A stretch of DNA of 64,000 bases from Mobula hypostoma (GCF_963921235.1 NC_086097.1:186188001-186252000); one strand, 5' to 3'; shown: positions 11,172 through 25,429, counted from the stretch's first letter. Numbers and translations are program-made. Notes: generated by a model not told the origin, from the sequence alone.

Positions 11172-13021
11172 GGAAACATAGAAACATAGAAAACCTACAG
11201 CACAATACAGGCCCTTTTGCCCACAAATCTGTGCTGAACATGTCCTTACCAAGGGTTACCTATAGTCCTCTAATATTCTAAGCTCCATGTACCTATCTTG
11301 GAGTCTTTTAAAAGATCCTATTGTATCCGCCTCTACCACAGTCGCCGGCAGCCCGTTCTGCGCACTCACCACTCCTTGAGTAAAAAAACTTACCCCTGAC
11401 ATTTCCTCTGTACCTAGTTCCAAGCACCTCAAAACTGTGCCCTCTCATGCTAGCCATTTCAGCCCGGGGAAAAAGCTTCTGTCTATCCACACGATAACTG
11501 ACTCTCATCATCTTATACACCTCTACCAGGTGACCTCTCATCCTCTGTCGCTCCAAGGAGAAAAGGTCGAGTTCACTCAACCTATTCTCATAAGGCATGC
11601 TCCCCAATCCATGCAACATTCTTGTAAATCTCCTCTTCACCCTTTCTATCCCTTCCATATCCTTCCTGTAGTGAGGTGACCAGAACTGAGCACAGTACTC
11701 TAAGTGTGGTCTGGCCAGGGTCCTATATAGCTGCAACATTACCTCTCGGCTCCTAAACTCAATTTCACAGTTGATGAAGGCCAATACACCGTATGCCTTC
11801 TTAACCACAGAGTCAACCTGCGCAGCTGCTTTGAGAATCCTATGGACTCAGACCCCAAGATCCCTCTGATCCTCCACACTGCCAAGAATCTTACCATTAA
11901 TACTATATTCTGCCATCATGATTGACCTACCAAAATGAACCACTTCACACTTATCTGGGTTGAACGCCATCTGCCACTTCTCAGCCCAGTTTTGCATCCT
12001 ATCAATGTCCCGCTGTAACCTCTGACAGCCCTCCACACTATCCACAATACCCCCAACCTTTGTGTTACCAGCAAACTTACTAACCCATCCCTCCACTTCC
12101 TCATCCAGGTCATTTATAAAAATCACAAAGAGTAGGGGTCCCAGAACAGGGACACCTCTGAGGCACACCACTGGTCACCGACCTCCATGCAGAGTATGAC
12201 CCGTCTACAACCACTCTTCGCCTTCTATGGGCAAGCCAGTTCTTGATCCAGAAAACAATGTCCCCTTGGATCCCATGCGTCCTTACTTTCTCAATAAGCC
12301 TTGCATGGGGTACCTTATCAAATGCCTTGCTGAAATCCGTATACACTACATCTACTGCTCTACCTTCATCAATGTATTTAGTCACATACTGAAAAAATTC
12401 AATCAGGCTCGTAAGGCACGATCTGCTTTTGACAAAGCCATGCTGACTATCCCTAATCATATTATGCCTCTCCAAATGTTCATGAATCCTGCCTCTCAGG
12501 ATCTTCTCCATCAATTTACCAACCAGTGAATTAAGACTCACTGGTCTATAATTTCCTGGGTTATCTCTACTCCCTTTCTTGAATAAGGGAATAACCCTCC
12601 AATACTCCGGAATCGCTCCAGTCCCCATTGGTGATGCAAAGATCATCGGCAGAGGCTCAGCAATCTCCTCCCTCACCTCCCACCAGTATTAGTGGTCCCA
12701 GAGACTTATCCAACTTGATGCTTTCCAAAAGCTCCAGCACATCCTCTTTCTTAATATCTACATGCTCAAGCTTTTCAGTCCACTGTAGTCATCCCTGCAG
12801 TCACTAAAATCCTTTTGGAAGGATCTTGGGAACAGATCCCTGAGGCACACCACTGGTCACTGACCTCCATGCAGAGTATGACCCGTCTACGACCACTCTT
12901 TGTCTTCTGTGGGCAAGCCAGTTCTGGATCCACAAAGCAATGTCCCCTTGGATCCCATGCCTCCTTACTTTCTCAATAAGCTTGCATGAGGTATCTTATC
13001 AAATGCCTTGCTGAAATCCAT
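11172..13021 (-). mobile_element. CR1 LINE (RT half), with a ~200-bp internal segment repeated at its 5' end
   Basis: Minus ORFs 12110-12676, 11848-12171 and 11308-11808 with NYRPVSL, DFSKAFDKVPH, RPHLEYC; (TTTCTATG)n tail at ~11172-11192. Confidence 0.96.
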
Positions 13022-13075
13022 TAGAAGAAGAAAAGAATCAGAAAATGCTTGCCCACAGTTCTACCAGTGTATCCT

Positions 13076-13355
13076 GGGTGCCATGGTAGCACAGAGATTA
13101 GTGCGATGGTGTTACAACTTGGGTCTTTCAGGAGTTCAGAGTTCAATTCTGCTGTAAGGAGTCCCTGTGGAATGTGTGGGTTTTCCCTGGATACTCTGGT
13201 CTTCTCCCACAGTCCGAAGATGTACTTAGTAGGTTAATTGGTCATTGTAAGTTGTCCCGTGATTAGGTTAGGGTTAATCGGGTTGTGGGGTTGATGACTT
13301 GGCATGGTTCAAAGGACGGTAAGGGCCTACTCTGTACTGTAAGGCTAAATAAAAT
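13076..13355 (+). mobile_element. V-SINE (HE1-like)
   Basis: tRNA-like head (ggtagcacagagattag...gagttcaattc), V-domain gtgggttttccctgg...ctcccacagtcc...ggttaattggtcattgtaa, CR1-like tail with aaataaa. Confidence 0.85.
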
Positions 13356-13984
13356 TTAAAAAAATCTTTTCTCAACGAGGGCTACTCTTAAATGCTGCAA
13401 GCAGGAATATGCTGAAAAATTGAATTTTCTGTTGCTGATTTGAAATGAGACTATCAGTGGCCCTACTGAAAATACCTGACATGAACAGTTGGTGCTGAAA
13501 CTTAATGCAGTCTGACTTAGACATTGAAGACCTGGCAGACCCTGGATAAAGTCCAATAGAATTGAGGCAATCATTCAGAACAGTCTGAATTTCAAACTAT
13601 TTCAAATAAGATCTTCAACTGTCTGAATACTATTTTACCATGCAGAGTTTTAAATTTTAAAGCAATATTGAACTACCAGAATTAGCAAACCAATTTATGT
13701 TATGCCCTTATATGCAAGTTCTCAGGGTTTATTGATTGATGGAACTATGTAGTTCAAAACAGGCCCTTCTGAACAGATTATCCATGTTGACCAAGATGCC
13801 TCTTGAAATAATCTCATTTGCCTGTGTTTGGCCCATATCCATTTAAACCTGTTTCTGTCCAACACTTTTTAAACATTTTAAGTGTGCTCACCTTTATTGC
13901 CTTTCACACAAAGGGTGAGGAGTATTTGCCAGCATGTTCTATACACTTCTCATCCCTTGTGTGAAAATTTGCCATCACAGGTCC

Positions 13985-15120
13985 CCACCCGATGGTTCAC
14001 AAGGCACATAACTACAATATGTCATGATTCGGTTTATTGACTTCAACTCAGAGTCTGGCACAATTATTCCTATAGTTCTAATCAACATGCTCCAAAACCT
14101 CTGAACCTTCCTTTGCAACTGGATCCTTGACTTCCTAACCAGAAGACTACAATCTGCGTGGATCGAAAACAACTCTTCCACCTCACTGGCAATCAATACT
14201 GGTGCACCTCAGGGGTGTGTGCTTAGTCCACTGCTCTACTGTCTCTACACCCATGACTGTGTGTCTAGTCACAGCTCAAATGCCATCTATAAATTTGCAG
14301 GTGACACAACTTTGTTGGCATAATTTCAGATAATGATGAGAGGGTGTACAGGGGTAAAATATATCAGCTAGTTAAGTCATCTCACAGCAGTAATCTTTCA
14401 CTCAACATCATTAAGACCAAAGAACCGATTGTGGACTTCAGAAAGGATAAGATGAGGAAACACTCACCAGTCCTCATAGAGGGATCAGAAGTGGAAAGAG
14501 TGAGCAACTTCAAGTTCCTGAGTCTCTGAAGATCTATCCTGGGTCCAACACATTGATGCAGCTACAAAGAAGGCACAACTGCTGTTATATTCTATTACGA
14601 GTTTGAGAAGTTTTGTCATGTCACCAAAGACAGTCATACATTTCTACTGATGTACCATGGAGAGCATTTTAACTGGCTTCATCACCATCTGGTATCTTGT
14701 GGAGGTAGCCTCTGCACAGAATCAAAATAAGCTGCAGGGAGTTGTAGGCTTAGCTCCCTCATGAGCACTTGCCTCCATAGTATCCAAAGCATCTTCAAGG
14801 AGCGATGCCTCAAAAAGGCGGTGTCCATCGGGAAGGAGGTACAGAAGCCTGAAGGCACACACGCGATGATTCAGGAACAGCTTCTTCCCCTCTGCTACCG
14901 AGTTCTGAATAGACAGTGAACCTGTGAACACTGCCTTTCTACTTATTTTATTTCTATTTTTGCATCATTTATTTAATTTAACTATTTATATATATATATT
15001 TATATACTCACTATAACTTATGTTTCTTCTCTATTATTATGTATTGCATTGTACTGCTGCCGTAAAGGCAACAAGCTCCATGATATATGCTGATGATTTT
15101 AACCTGATTCTGATTTTGAT
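13985..15120 (+). mobile_element. Rex1/Babar LINE, decayed RT to tail
   Basis: [37 protein letters not shown]; (ATTCTG)-type tail at ~15105-15120. Confidence 0.92.
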
Positions 15121-16161
15121 ACTAAAAGGGCATCAGGACAAATAAAGAGCAGAGATTACTTTACCAAAAGTTTAGTCAAAATGAGAGGTATAAAGGAAGT
15201 ATAAAAAATAATTGGATCCTGGGGTAAAGATGTTTAAGGAGGAAATTCCAGAGTTTATACAGCTGAAAACAGCATTGGAATTCTGGGCAATTTAACTGGA
15301 GAGTTTGAAATGGAATTGAAGAATAGAAAATCTCAGTAGTGGAGTGCTGTCAGTCAAGAAAAAAAGTTTATGGAAGGGCTGGAATTTAGATGCAATTTTT
15401 AAATCGAGCTATTCACTACATAGATCAATACACTCAAGAGAGATGTGTGGTAATAATACCTACATTATCAGACTAGATGTACAAACATTTTACAATAAGA
15501 AAGGAGGAGTGTGAGGGCAATACAAAAAGATGTATATAATCTTACTTTCTCAACATGCTTGAGAACCATTCTTAGGAAGACCAAGAATGTCGGCTGCTGT
15601 GAAAAACAGGAGCAGGTGTGTGTGATCAACAAGACTCACCACCCAGTGTAGTTGTGTCTTCATAACATTTGTTAAAATTGGATACCTGTCTTTTGTCCTC
15701 AGAAGGTTTTGGTGAATACTGGTTGACAAGCATACTGCTACAAGTGTTTGAAATTTTAATATTGCTAATCACTTCAAATGTAATTCCTTTACAAATATGT
15801 AATTTTATGGAAGCTTTTTTGACATTCAGAAGTAACTCACTGTGTTTATTGTATGAAATTATATGTAGCTATTTGGCATGCAAATTAAAATTGTGAGCTG
15901 ATAACATTAAAATAGTATGAACAGATGAGATAGGAAAGGGAGGAGAAAAAAAGGCCAAAGAATTGTTAGCTGAGGCTAGTTAGCTGAGGTAGTGCAAAAG
16001 CACAATTAGATCAAAGGGAAAATTACATTTCTATTGTTTTTGGCAATCAGAATCTTATCTCAATTGGAAGGTTTATGCATAAGGTCAAGAAATCATAAAA
16101 GAAAAACAAACCACTTCCTAAAAGACCACTTGGACATTGGCTGCTTCATAGGAGAAGGGAG

Positions 16162-17170
16162 CAGAATCAGGTTTCAGAATCAGGTTTAATATCTCTGGCA
16201 TATGTCATGAAATTCTTTGTTTTGCAGCAGCAGTATATTGTAATACATCAGAATAAAATAAATTACAAAAGAAATATATTTTTAAAAATTAACTTAAGTA
16301 AGTAGTGCAAAAAGTGAGCAAAAACAATACTGAGGTAGTGTATATGGGTTCATTGTCCATTCAGAAATCTGATGGTGGAGGGCCTCACATATGAGTCGAG
16401 GCTCCTGTACCTCTTCCACAATGGTAGCAATGAGAAGAGGGCATGTCCTGAGTGATGGGAAACTTCAATGATGTATGTTGCCTTTTGAGGATGCCCTCGA
16501 TGCCTGGGAGGCTAATGTGCATGATGGAGCTGGCTGGGTTTTCAATTTTCTACATCTTTTTCTGATCCTGTGCTGTTGCCCCTCTGTAAGAGATGGTGAT
16601 GTAACCAGTTAGAATACACTCCACAGTACAAATGTCAAGCTTTGTGAGTATCTTTGGTGTCAGAAGAAGCCTCCTCACACTCCAGATGAAATATAAAGTT
16701 GTCGTGCATTCATTGTAATTATGTCAGTAAGTTGGGCCTTCAGAGATGTTGACACCCGGGAACTTGAAACTGCTCACCATTTCCACTGCTGATCCCTCTA
16801 CTGGTGAGTGTTCCCTCGACTTCCCCTTCCTGAAGCCCACAGTCAATCCCTTGGTCGTCCTGACACTGAATACAAGGGTGTTGCAGTATCACGCAAGCAG
16901 CTGATCTATCTCACTCCCGCATGCCTTCTTGTCACCATCTGAATTTCTGCCAACAATAGTTGGGTCGTCGGCAAATTTATGGACTACATTTGAGCTGTGC
17001 CTAACCACACAGTCGTGGGCGTAGAGACAGTAGTGCAGTGGGCTACCAGATTCCTGAGGCGCACCGGTGCAGATGATCTGCGAGGAGGGGATGTTATTTC
17101 CAATTTGCACTGTGGTTTCCTGATGAGGAAGTCATAAAACCCCATTTCAGAGGAAGGTGAGGGGCCCAGA
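16162..17170 (-). mobile_element. Rex1/Babar LINE fragment
   Basis: Minus ORF 16889-17110 GAPQ...KFADDPTIVG; (CAGAAT)-type tail at ~16162. Confidence 0.9.
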
Positions 17171-18016
17171 CTAAACTCTAATATAAAGTAACTCAACCAG
17201 TCAAGTTGAACTTGTTTTGCATCTGCAACCCTTCCTCAGAACTTGGGAAGGTACAGAGAGTTTACAGTTTTCAAAGCAGATGTAGGGGTAGGGGGGAGAT
17301 GTAAGACAAAAGACCCCATGGAGATACGTTAAGATCATGTGATAAGGAGCATGAGTTCTGATTTGTATTGCTTCTCAAGGAAATATTAGATTGACTACTG
17401 GAATGGTCGTGTATGTATATTTTTAGTCTCCTACTTATGAAGCAAAAAGCTATTTGCATTGCTATTGAATGAATCCACAAAGTAGATGGTCACATGGTCT
17501 ATTACTTTCAGTCTAGGAACATGACTAGATGAGAATCTTTGTGACTTCTAAATTGTTAAGAGAGTAAGAAGACTGAGTTGGAGATGACTGGCAAGATTTT
17601 TCCCTGAGTTGAATTGCTAACAGCATATTCTATAAAAAGAAACCCGATCAACAGAAAAGGGATGCTTGAGAAGGCGCATGAGATGAGACGCTTGTGTAAC
17701 CATAGAGACGATGCTGAACATATTTTAATATTATCAGAAAAAATGTATCATTTCCAAAATGTGCAATAATACACAGAACTAAAACAATTTTTTTAAAATT
17801 ATTGATTTTAAGTGCTATTCACAGGTCCAGTTTGTACTTCAGTTTAATATGGGAAGATAATCAGAGATTCTTTTTCAACCTATTTAAGATACCAGGACCA
17901 AAATTTATCAGCTGCTAAATAAATATGTCAGTGTTTGTTATTAATCTATCCTTCTTATATAGCCAGAATCACCAGTTTGTATGAAAGAATAGGGCAGACT
18001 TCCTTCCTGTACTAAA

Positions 18017-18968
18017 TAGATTAGATTAGATTCAACTTTATTGCCATTGTGCCGAGTACAGATACAAAGCCGATGAAATGCAGTTAGCATCTAACCAGAA
18101 ATGCAAAGAATAGTGTTATTTACAAAATAACTGCGAATAAAAAGTAAGTGCTACAGCACACAAATATAAAAGTACTGAGACAGTACAATATGGGTGCAAT
18201 ACTGCTTAGCGCTGTGATGTGAGGTTCAGCAGGGTCACAGCCTCAGGGCAGAAGCTCTTCCTGTGCCTGCTGGTGCGGGAGCGGAGGCTCCTGTAGCGCC
18301 TACCGGATGTAAAAAGTCCATGGTTAGGGTGAGATGCATCCTTGATAATGCTTTTCACCCTGCCCAGGTAGCATTTATGGTAGGTGTTCTCAATGGTGGG
18401 CAATTGGGTGCCGATAATCCACTGGGCTGTTTTCACCACACGCTGGAGTGCTTTGCGGTCCAATATAGGGCAATTGCCATACCACACTGAGATGCAATTG
18501 GTGAGTATGCTTTCAATGGTACAGCAGTAAAAGTCTGTCAGTATCCTGGGACAGAGGTGAGCTTTCTTGATGCTCCGCAGGAAATAAAGGTGCTGTTACG
18601 CCTTTTTGATCAGGCTGGAGGAGTTCAGGGACCAGGTGAGATTCTCGAAAATGTGAACACCTAGGAATTTGAAACTTGATACGTGCTCCACTACCGCTCC
18701 GTTGATGTAGATGGGGACGTGGGTGTGGCTCCTAGCATGCCTGAAGTCCATAATGATCTCCTTGGTCTTCTGGGTGTTAAGGGCCATGTTGTTGTCAGCA
18801 CACCATGCGGCCAGGTGCTGGACCTCATCCCTGTAGGCCGTCTCGTCATCCCCTCTGATCAGGCCAACCACTATGGTGTCGTCTGCGAACTTGATTATGG
18901 AGCTAGAACCATGTACAGGAACGCAGTCACAGGTGAAAAGGGAGTATAGAAGAAGGCTCAGCACTCTG
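18017..18968 (-). mobile_element. Rex1/Babar LINE fragment
   Basis: IIKFADDTIVVGLI, LNTQKTKEIIMDFR, WYGNC, SGRRYRSL; (AATCT)n tail at ~18017-18032. Confidence 0.95.
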
Positions 18969-19313
18969 TCGGTGTGAAAGAATTGATTGGGCACTGAACA
19001 TCAATTTTGCAGGCATGTAATTCTTTCTGACCTGCTTTGAATGCAGAAGGATTAACAGTGGTTGGAAGTTTTAAACATTTTAAAACAGATATTGTGTTGA
19101 CATCCCTCTGTGTTTGTGCCTCCAATACTTAAACCAGTTGTATGATGAACAAATTTCTCAGAACGCAAATGACACTTTTTGGCTAATTTAGGTCAAGCTC
19201 TTTACCGTATTTTGGAAACTAATTTAAATGTAGCAATTGTCATGTGTTTTTCTCATACCATGGCAAATGGAAAATGACAATAAAATGTGAAGGGAAGCAT
19301 GTGTTGCACTTTA

Positions 19314-22300
19314 CATAAGACCATAAGATATAGGAGGAGAATTAGGTCATTGGGCCCATGTGGTCTGCTCTGCCATTTCATTGTGGCTCATCCAATTTCC
19401 TACCTTCTTCTTGCATCCCTTCATGTCCCGACCAATCAAGAATTTATCAACTTCTGCCTTAAATATACATAAAGACTTGGCCTCCACAGCTGCCTGTGGG
19501 AAAGAATTCCACAGATTCACCACTCGCCAGCTGAAGAAATTCCTCCTCACCTCCGTTCTAAAAGGACGCCCTTGTATTCTGAGGTTGTGTTGTCTGGTCT
19601 TAGACTTTCCCACCATAGGCAACATCCTCTCTACATCCACTCTAGCAAGACCTTTCACCATTTGATAGGTTTCAATTAGGTCACACCTCATTCTTCTGAG
19701 TTCTAGTGAATCAGCCCCTGAGCTGTCAAATGCTCTTCATATGACAAGCCGTTCAATCCTGGAATTACTTTAGTGAACCTCCTTTGAACTATCTCCAGTT
19801 TCAGCACATCCTTTCTAAGATACTCCAAGTGAAGCCTCACCAGTGCTTTATTAAATCTCAACATTACATCCTTGCTTTTATTTTCTAGTCCTCTTGAATT
19901 GAATGCTAACCTTTGGTCAAGATGGCACCAGTGAACAACAATTCCTTGGGCAATACCTTCCAGATAATCAATCATTTCATCTTTTCTATGTCTTTTACTT
20001 ATTCTTTTACCTTAATTTTATTTTTGAAACTGTTGGAACCTGTGACTTACAGTCTGTAGTTCTATTGAGCTAGTTCTCTACTGTCCCTCCACTGCCATGA
20101 GGAGAAGCTCAGTGACGAGATGAGGGACCATGATAGATTACGTTTCTTGTCGATTAAAGCTTTGAAGAAGAATGAAACATTGAGGCAAATGCAGAAAAGA
20201 GTGAGCAGTTCTTGGAGAGGCTGCTGATTTGTGTTACTGCCCTTGAAGGGGCTGCTAGTTCGAATTTGGTTTCCTCGGAGAGGCCTCTGGTTTGAGTCGC
20301 TTTCCTCAGAGGGGATGCTGGTTCAAATCACTGCCTTCGGAGATCGACTCTCTGAGCCTGGTTCAACTCTCAGCAATGCAATCAAAATTCTGGGATTTAT
20401 GGATGGACTGTATTTAAAACCAGCAGTAGTTCATATTGGCCTCTTGCAGTTCTATGTTTTTTGTTGTTTTCTTGCCCATGCTTTCTTGTCAATTTGGGGG
20501 CTGGGGGTTTGGGTGAAGTGTTAGCTCTTGAGTGAGGGATTGTTAGGGGTGTTTGAGGCTTGCAAGTCATTTTTCTCTTTTTCTTTTCATGCAGAGGGGA
20601 TTGATGACTTTCTTTCAACTACTTACATAGTTTCTGTATTCTATGGCTATCTGGAGAAGAGAAAAATTTCAGAGTTGTATTCTGTATACATTGATATAAA
20701 ATAAACCTTTGATACCGGGAACCTTTGAACATTGCATTTGCCTTCCTCACCACAGACTTAACCTGCAAATTAAACTTTAGACTTCCAAGTCCCTTTTGCA
20801 CTTCAGCTTTTTGTATTTTCTCTCCATTTAGAAAATAGTCACCCTTTCATTTCCTCTACTAAAGTGCACTTACTGACATTGTATTCCATCTGCCATTTCT
20901 TTGCCCATGCTCCTAATCTATCTAAGACCTTCTATACCCTCTCTATGTCCTCAAAACTACCTGCCTCTCTATCTATCTTCATATCATTTGCAAACTTTAG
21001 AACAAAGCCATCAATTCCATCACCCAAATCATAGACATATAACATAAAAAGAATTGGTCCCAACACAGAACCCTAGTCACCGGCAGCCAACCAGAAAAGG
21101 CTACCTTTATTTCCACTCTTTGTCTCCTGCCAATCAGCCACTGCTTTATCCACGCTAGAATCTCCCCTGTAATACCACCGGCTTGTAGTTTATTAAGCAG
21201 CCTCAAGTGTGGCACCTTGTCAAAGGCCTTCTGAAAATCTAAGTACACAACATCAACTGTTTCTTCTTTGTTCATCCTGCTTGTTACTTTTTCAAAGAAT
21301 TCCAACAGGTTTGTGAGGCAAGATTTTCCCTTGAGGAAACCATGATGACTATGGCTTATTTTATCATGCGTCTCCAAGTACCCTGAGACCTTATCTTAAT
21401 AATTGACTCCAACATTTTCCCAACCACTGAGGTTATTCTAACTGGCCTATAGTTTCCTTTCTTTTTGCCTTTCTCCCTTCTTGGAGTGACATTTGCAATT
21501 TTCCAATCTTCCAGAGCCATTCCAGAATCTAATGATTCTTGGAAGAGCATTATTAATGGCTCCACAATCTCTTCACGTAGTTCTTTCAGAACCCTGGTGT
21601 GTACACCATATTGTCCAGGTGACTTATCTACCTTCATACATTTCAGTTTCCCAAGAACCTTCTCTCTAGAAGTGATAACTTCACACACTTCATGACCCCT
21701 GACAGCTGGAACTTCCACCATACTCCTAGTGTCATCCACAGTGAAGAGTGATGCAAAATACTTACTCAGTTCATCCACCATTTCATGGTCCCCCATTGTT
21801 ACTTCTCCAGCATTATTTCCCAGCAGTCTGATATCCACTCTCACCTCTCTTTTACACCTTTCATGTATCTGAAGAAACTTTTGGTATCCCCTTTAATATC
21901 ATTGGCTAACTTACTTTCATATTCCATCTTTACTCATCTTAATGACTTCTTAGTTGCTTTCTGTTGGTTTTTAAAAGATTCCCAATCCTGTAACTCCCCA
22001 CTAATTTTTGCTATATTATATGCTCTCTTTTTGGCTTTTATGTTGGCTTTGACTTCTTTTGTTAGCCATGGTTGTGTCATCTTGCCTTCAGAATACTTCT
22101 TCCTCATTGGGATGTATATATCCTGTGCCTTTGGAATTACTTTCAGAAATTCCAGCCACTGCTGCTCTGCCATTATCCCTGCTAGCTAATCAATTCTAAT
22201 CAATTCTAGCTAATTCTTCTCTCATACCTCTGTAATTCCATTTTCTCCACTGTAATACTGATTCATTTGACTTTAGCTTCTCATTCTCAAATTTCAGGGT

Positions 22301-23600
22301 GAACTTCATCATATTGTGATCACTAAGGGTTCTTTTACCTTAAGCTCTCTAATTAATTCTGATTCATTGCGCAACACCCAATGCAGAATCGCTGATTCCC
22401 TAGTGGGTGGGCTCAATCATGATCTGCCTCCACAACCTCTTCACTGACAATTCTGGCACTCTGGTTCCCATTGCCCAGCAACTCTAGTTAAACCCCCACT
22501 GTGCAGCATTAACAAACCTTCCCACCAGGCTATTAGAGCCCCTCCAGTTCAGGTGCACACCATCCCTTCTGTACACCTCCCACCTTCCCTGGAAGAGAGC
22601 CCAATGATCCGAATATCTTACGCCCACACTCCTACACCAACTCGTTAGTCACGTATTAAACTGTATAATCTTCCTAGTTCTGGCTTTACTAGCACGTGGC
22701 AAGTATACCAATCCTGAAATCAACAGCCCTGGATGTCCTGCCCTTTAACTTAACACATCACTCCCTGAACTCCTGATGCATAACCTAGTCACTCGTCCTA
22801 GCATGTCATTGATACCTACATAGACCACAACTTCTGGCTGTTCACCCTCCCACTTAAGAATGCTGAGAACTCGATCTGAGCTATCCTGGACCCTGGCATC
22901 CAGGAAGTATCACACCATCCGGGAATCTGGTTCTCGCTCGCAGAACCTCCTGTCCATTCCCCTAACTGGTGAATCCCCTATTTTCCCTGTTTCCCTTCTG
23001 TGTTGCAGAGCTAGACTCAATGCCTGAGACTTTCCTCTGTTAGGTAACCTCCCCTACAATACCCAGAGTGATATATCTGTTGTCGAGGGGGATGGCCACA
23101 GGGATACTCTGCACTGGATCGTTAACCTGTTTGTCCTTCCTGACTGTCACCCAGTTTCCTGTGTCCTGCGCCTTGGGTGTAACTACCTCCTTATATGCCC
23201 TGTCTATCACCCCTTCAGCCTCCCGAATGATCCAGAGTTCATCCAAATCCAGCTCCAGCTCAGCGTGGATCGCTAGAAGCTGCTGCTGGATGCACATCTT
23301 GCAGTTGTGGTCTCAGGGACACTGGAGGGCTCCCTGCCCTCCAACATCTCACATGAGGAGCATTCAACTATCCTGCCTAGCATCTTTCCTGTCCTCTTGA
23401 GCAGATATAAAGAAGGGAAGGAAAAAAATGTAACCAAGAGATTTTCTTCTCTTTGATTTCTCTGTCTGAAGCCTCGAAGATCTAAAGTCTCAGAACTCTG
23501 TCCACTCAGACGACGGCTGTTGTGACAACGGCCTCTGCGCTTGCCTCTGCCTTTCTTTGACTTGCTCTTGCTAATCAATCCCAAATGTCAACTGGATGCT
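19314..23600 (-). mobile_element. Decayed near-full-length CR1 (5' UTR, ORF1 zinc finger/leucine zipper/esterase, partial ORF2, tail)
   Basis: ORF1 pieces VECSSCEM and ELELDLDELWIIREAE; RT pieces NYRPV, YLDFQKAFDKVPH; (CTTATGGT)n tail at 19314-19330; internal deletion near 22425. Confidence 0.93.
19911..20730 (+). mobile_element. Non-coding non-autonomous retroposon with YY1-like head (copy A)
   Basis: Cleanly interrupts CR1 sequence gaatgctaac|attgcatttg; starts ..gtCAAGATGGC; ends aataaa...ctttgaac; colinear homology with 43222-43889. Confidence 0.8.
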
Positions 23601-25429
23601 GGTCAAATCTCTTTTTCACTATAACAACCTGCGGCCGGTGTTTTTTCTTGGGCAGTGGACCTGAGTAAAATACCCTCCTATCAAAACTTCTGATGTCCAT
23701 ATTGATCGCTGGTCAAAGCTCCTTCATTCCTTCTGAGCACCCATTGTCCCATCAGCCCTACCACAACTGAATCACAATCAGAATTACGTGTAATTAAATT
23801 AAAGAAGTAGAGCAAAAAGAGAGCAAAAAAGGAAAATAGTGAGGTTTTGCTTGCTTGACAGCTGCCTAGCCTATCAGTTTTGCTAGACGCCAAGCAGGGA
23901 GTGAAAGTTGATAAATAATCGCATCCTGCTGTTGAATTTGACAGCAGCTTGACATCTGTAGTCTTGACAAATTCTGAAGACCCTTTATGCTGCATGGACC
24001 TTGGCCACCTATGCATAAATCCAGTCCTCTGAATCCTTCCAGTGGAATGTATGTATATTAATCTAATTTCATGAATGTTGAATTCTAGATGAACTATTGA
24101 ATACTGATATGACCGGCATTTTAGATCAATATTCAACTATATTTAATGCGATCTGAGGATAGAACATATTTTACTGAGCTTTCATGTAAACCTGCAAACG
24201 TTATAAAAATGAAAAACAATAGAAATTTGACAGTATATAAATGTGTTTTATCTTTGTATTTTGAGCACCTAAAAGTAGTAATCCAGAATTGTCTCTTTAA
24301 TTGTTTTGGATTTGGTAAAATGCATGAAAACTAATAATTTGAATTACAGATGAATTGTTTTGAAAATGTGCAGTGGTTGATTTCTCTCTGGCATCACGTC
24401 CAAGGCAGTCAAAAAGCAAGCCACCACCCAGTAAAGCTACTCAATAGCTCAAACAGAGTCAGCAGGGGTGAATAAACTGGACAAATATTTCCAAAAATCT
24501 AAGGATGATTTGTCAATATATTCCTCCCTACTCACTGGAAGATGTACAATAAAATATCAAAGATGCACTCTTGAGGATTAATCAGAACAACAGGCATTCC
24601 CATAGGAGATCTGGAATCCCATCCAAGACAGACATGCCAAGGGAAATCATGATTGCTTCCAGGATTGCAGCTGGAGCCATAATGAATAATATTTTATGTA
24701 AGATACCAAAGGGAAATCAATCTCCTAAAGGAACAAAAGTGAACGAGATTCCTTCTGAGCCTGAGACAGGCCAAAGATACTAAATGTGATTGAATTTATT
24801 TGCATATCGAAAGCAAAAATACATCTAATTTTTCAGTTCCAAATACTAGCATATCTTCATTTTTAAATCATGACCTGATTTCAAACAAAAGGCATCCTCA
24901 CATGTTTACTTGACTTCTGGTTTCAAGTAACAACTTTCATCTAAAAATGAGACAGCCATTTGAGCAGAATTTGTTATGTCTCAGCATATGCATCATTAAT
25001 TCTGGGAGATATTAGAAGTGCCCACTTCTGTTTTAACTTATCCAAATCAGCAACCGTTAGGCAGCAAGAGGTTACAAATTACAGTATATATAGAGGACTT
25101 TATGGCAGATCTGCACTTATATGTGACTGTTTTAATGAAAAGCCAGTGACCTGAAACATTAATTGTTTCTCTCTTGATGGATGCTGTCTGACCTCGAGTA
25201 TTTGCAGCACTTTGTGGTTTTATTCTAAGCTGTTTTTATAAATCTTTCCTTTCAGGTTTCTATCCCTCTTATAATATTGAAATGGCTCTTCAGAAATATA
25301 ATTAGGTTTACTGGCATGAGCATACGTTGTGAAATTTGCTGTTCTGCAGCTGCAGTACATAAAAAGTTGCTATAGGTTACAGTAAGAAATAGATAACTAA
25401 ATATTGCTGTTCCTAAAATGTTGAGTATG

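Noticed and set aside
15982..16350. let-7-like TGAGGTAG seeds (also near 4121 and 52208)
   Set aside because: The match ends after 8-9 nt, there is no precursor hairpin, and one lies in a Rex tail
23681..24136. 151-aa minus-strand ORF (and the 163-aa ORF at 41772-42263)
   Set aside because: No recognisable domain; these ORFs run across or antisense to repeat fragments
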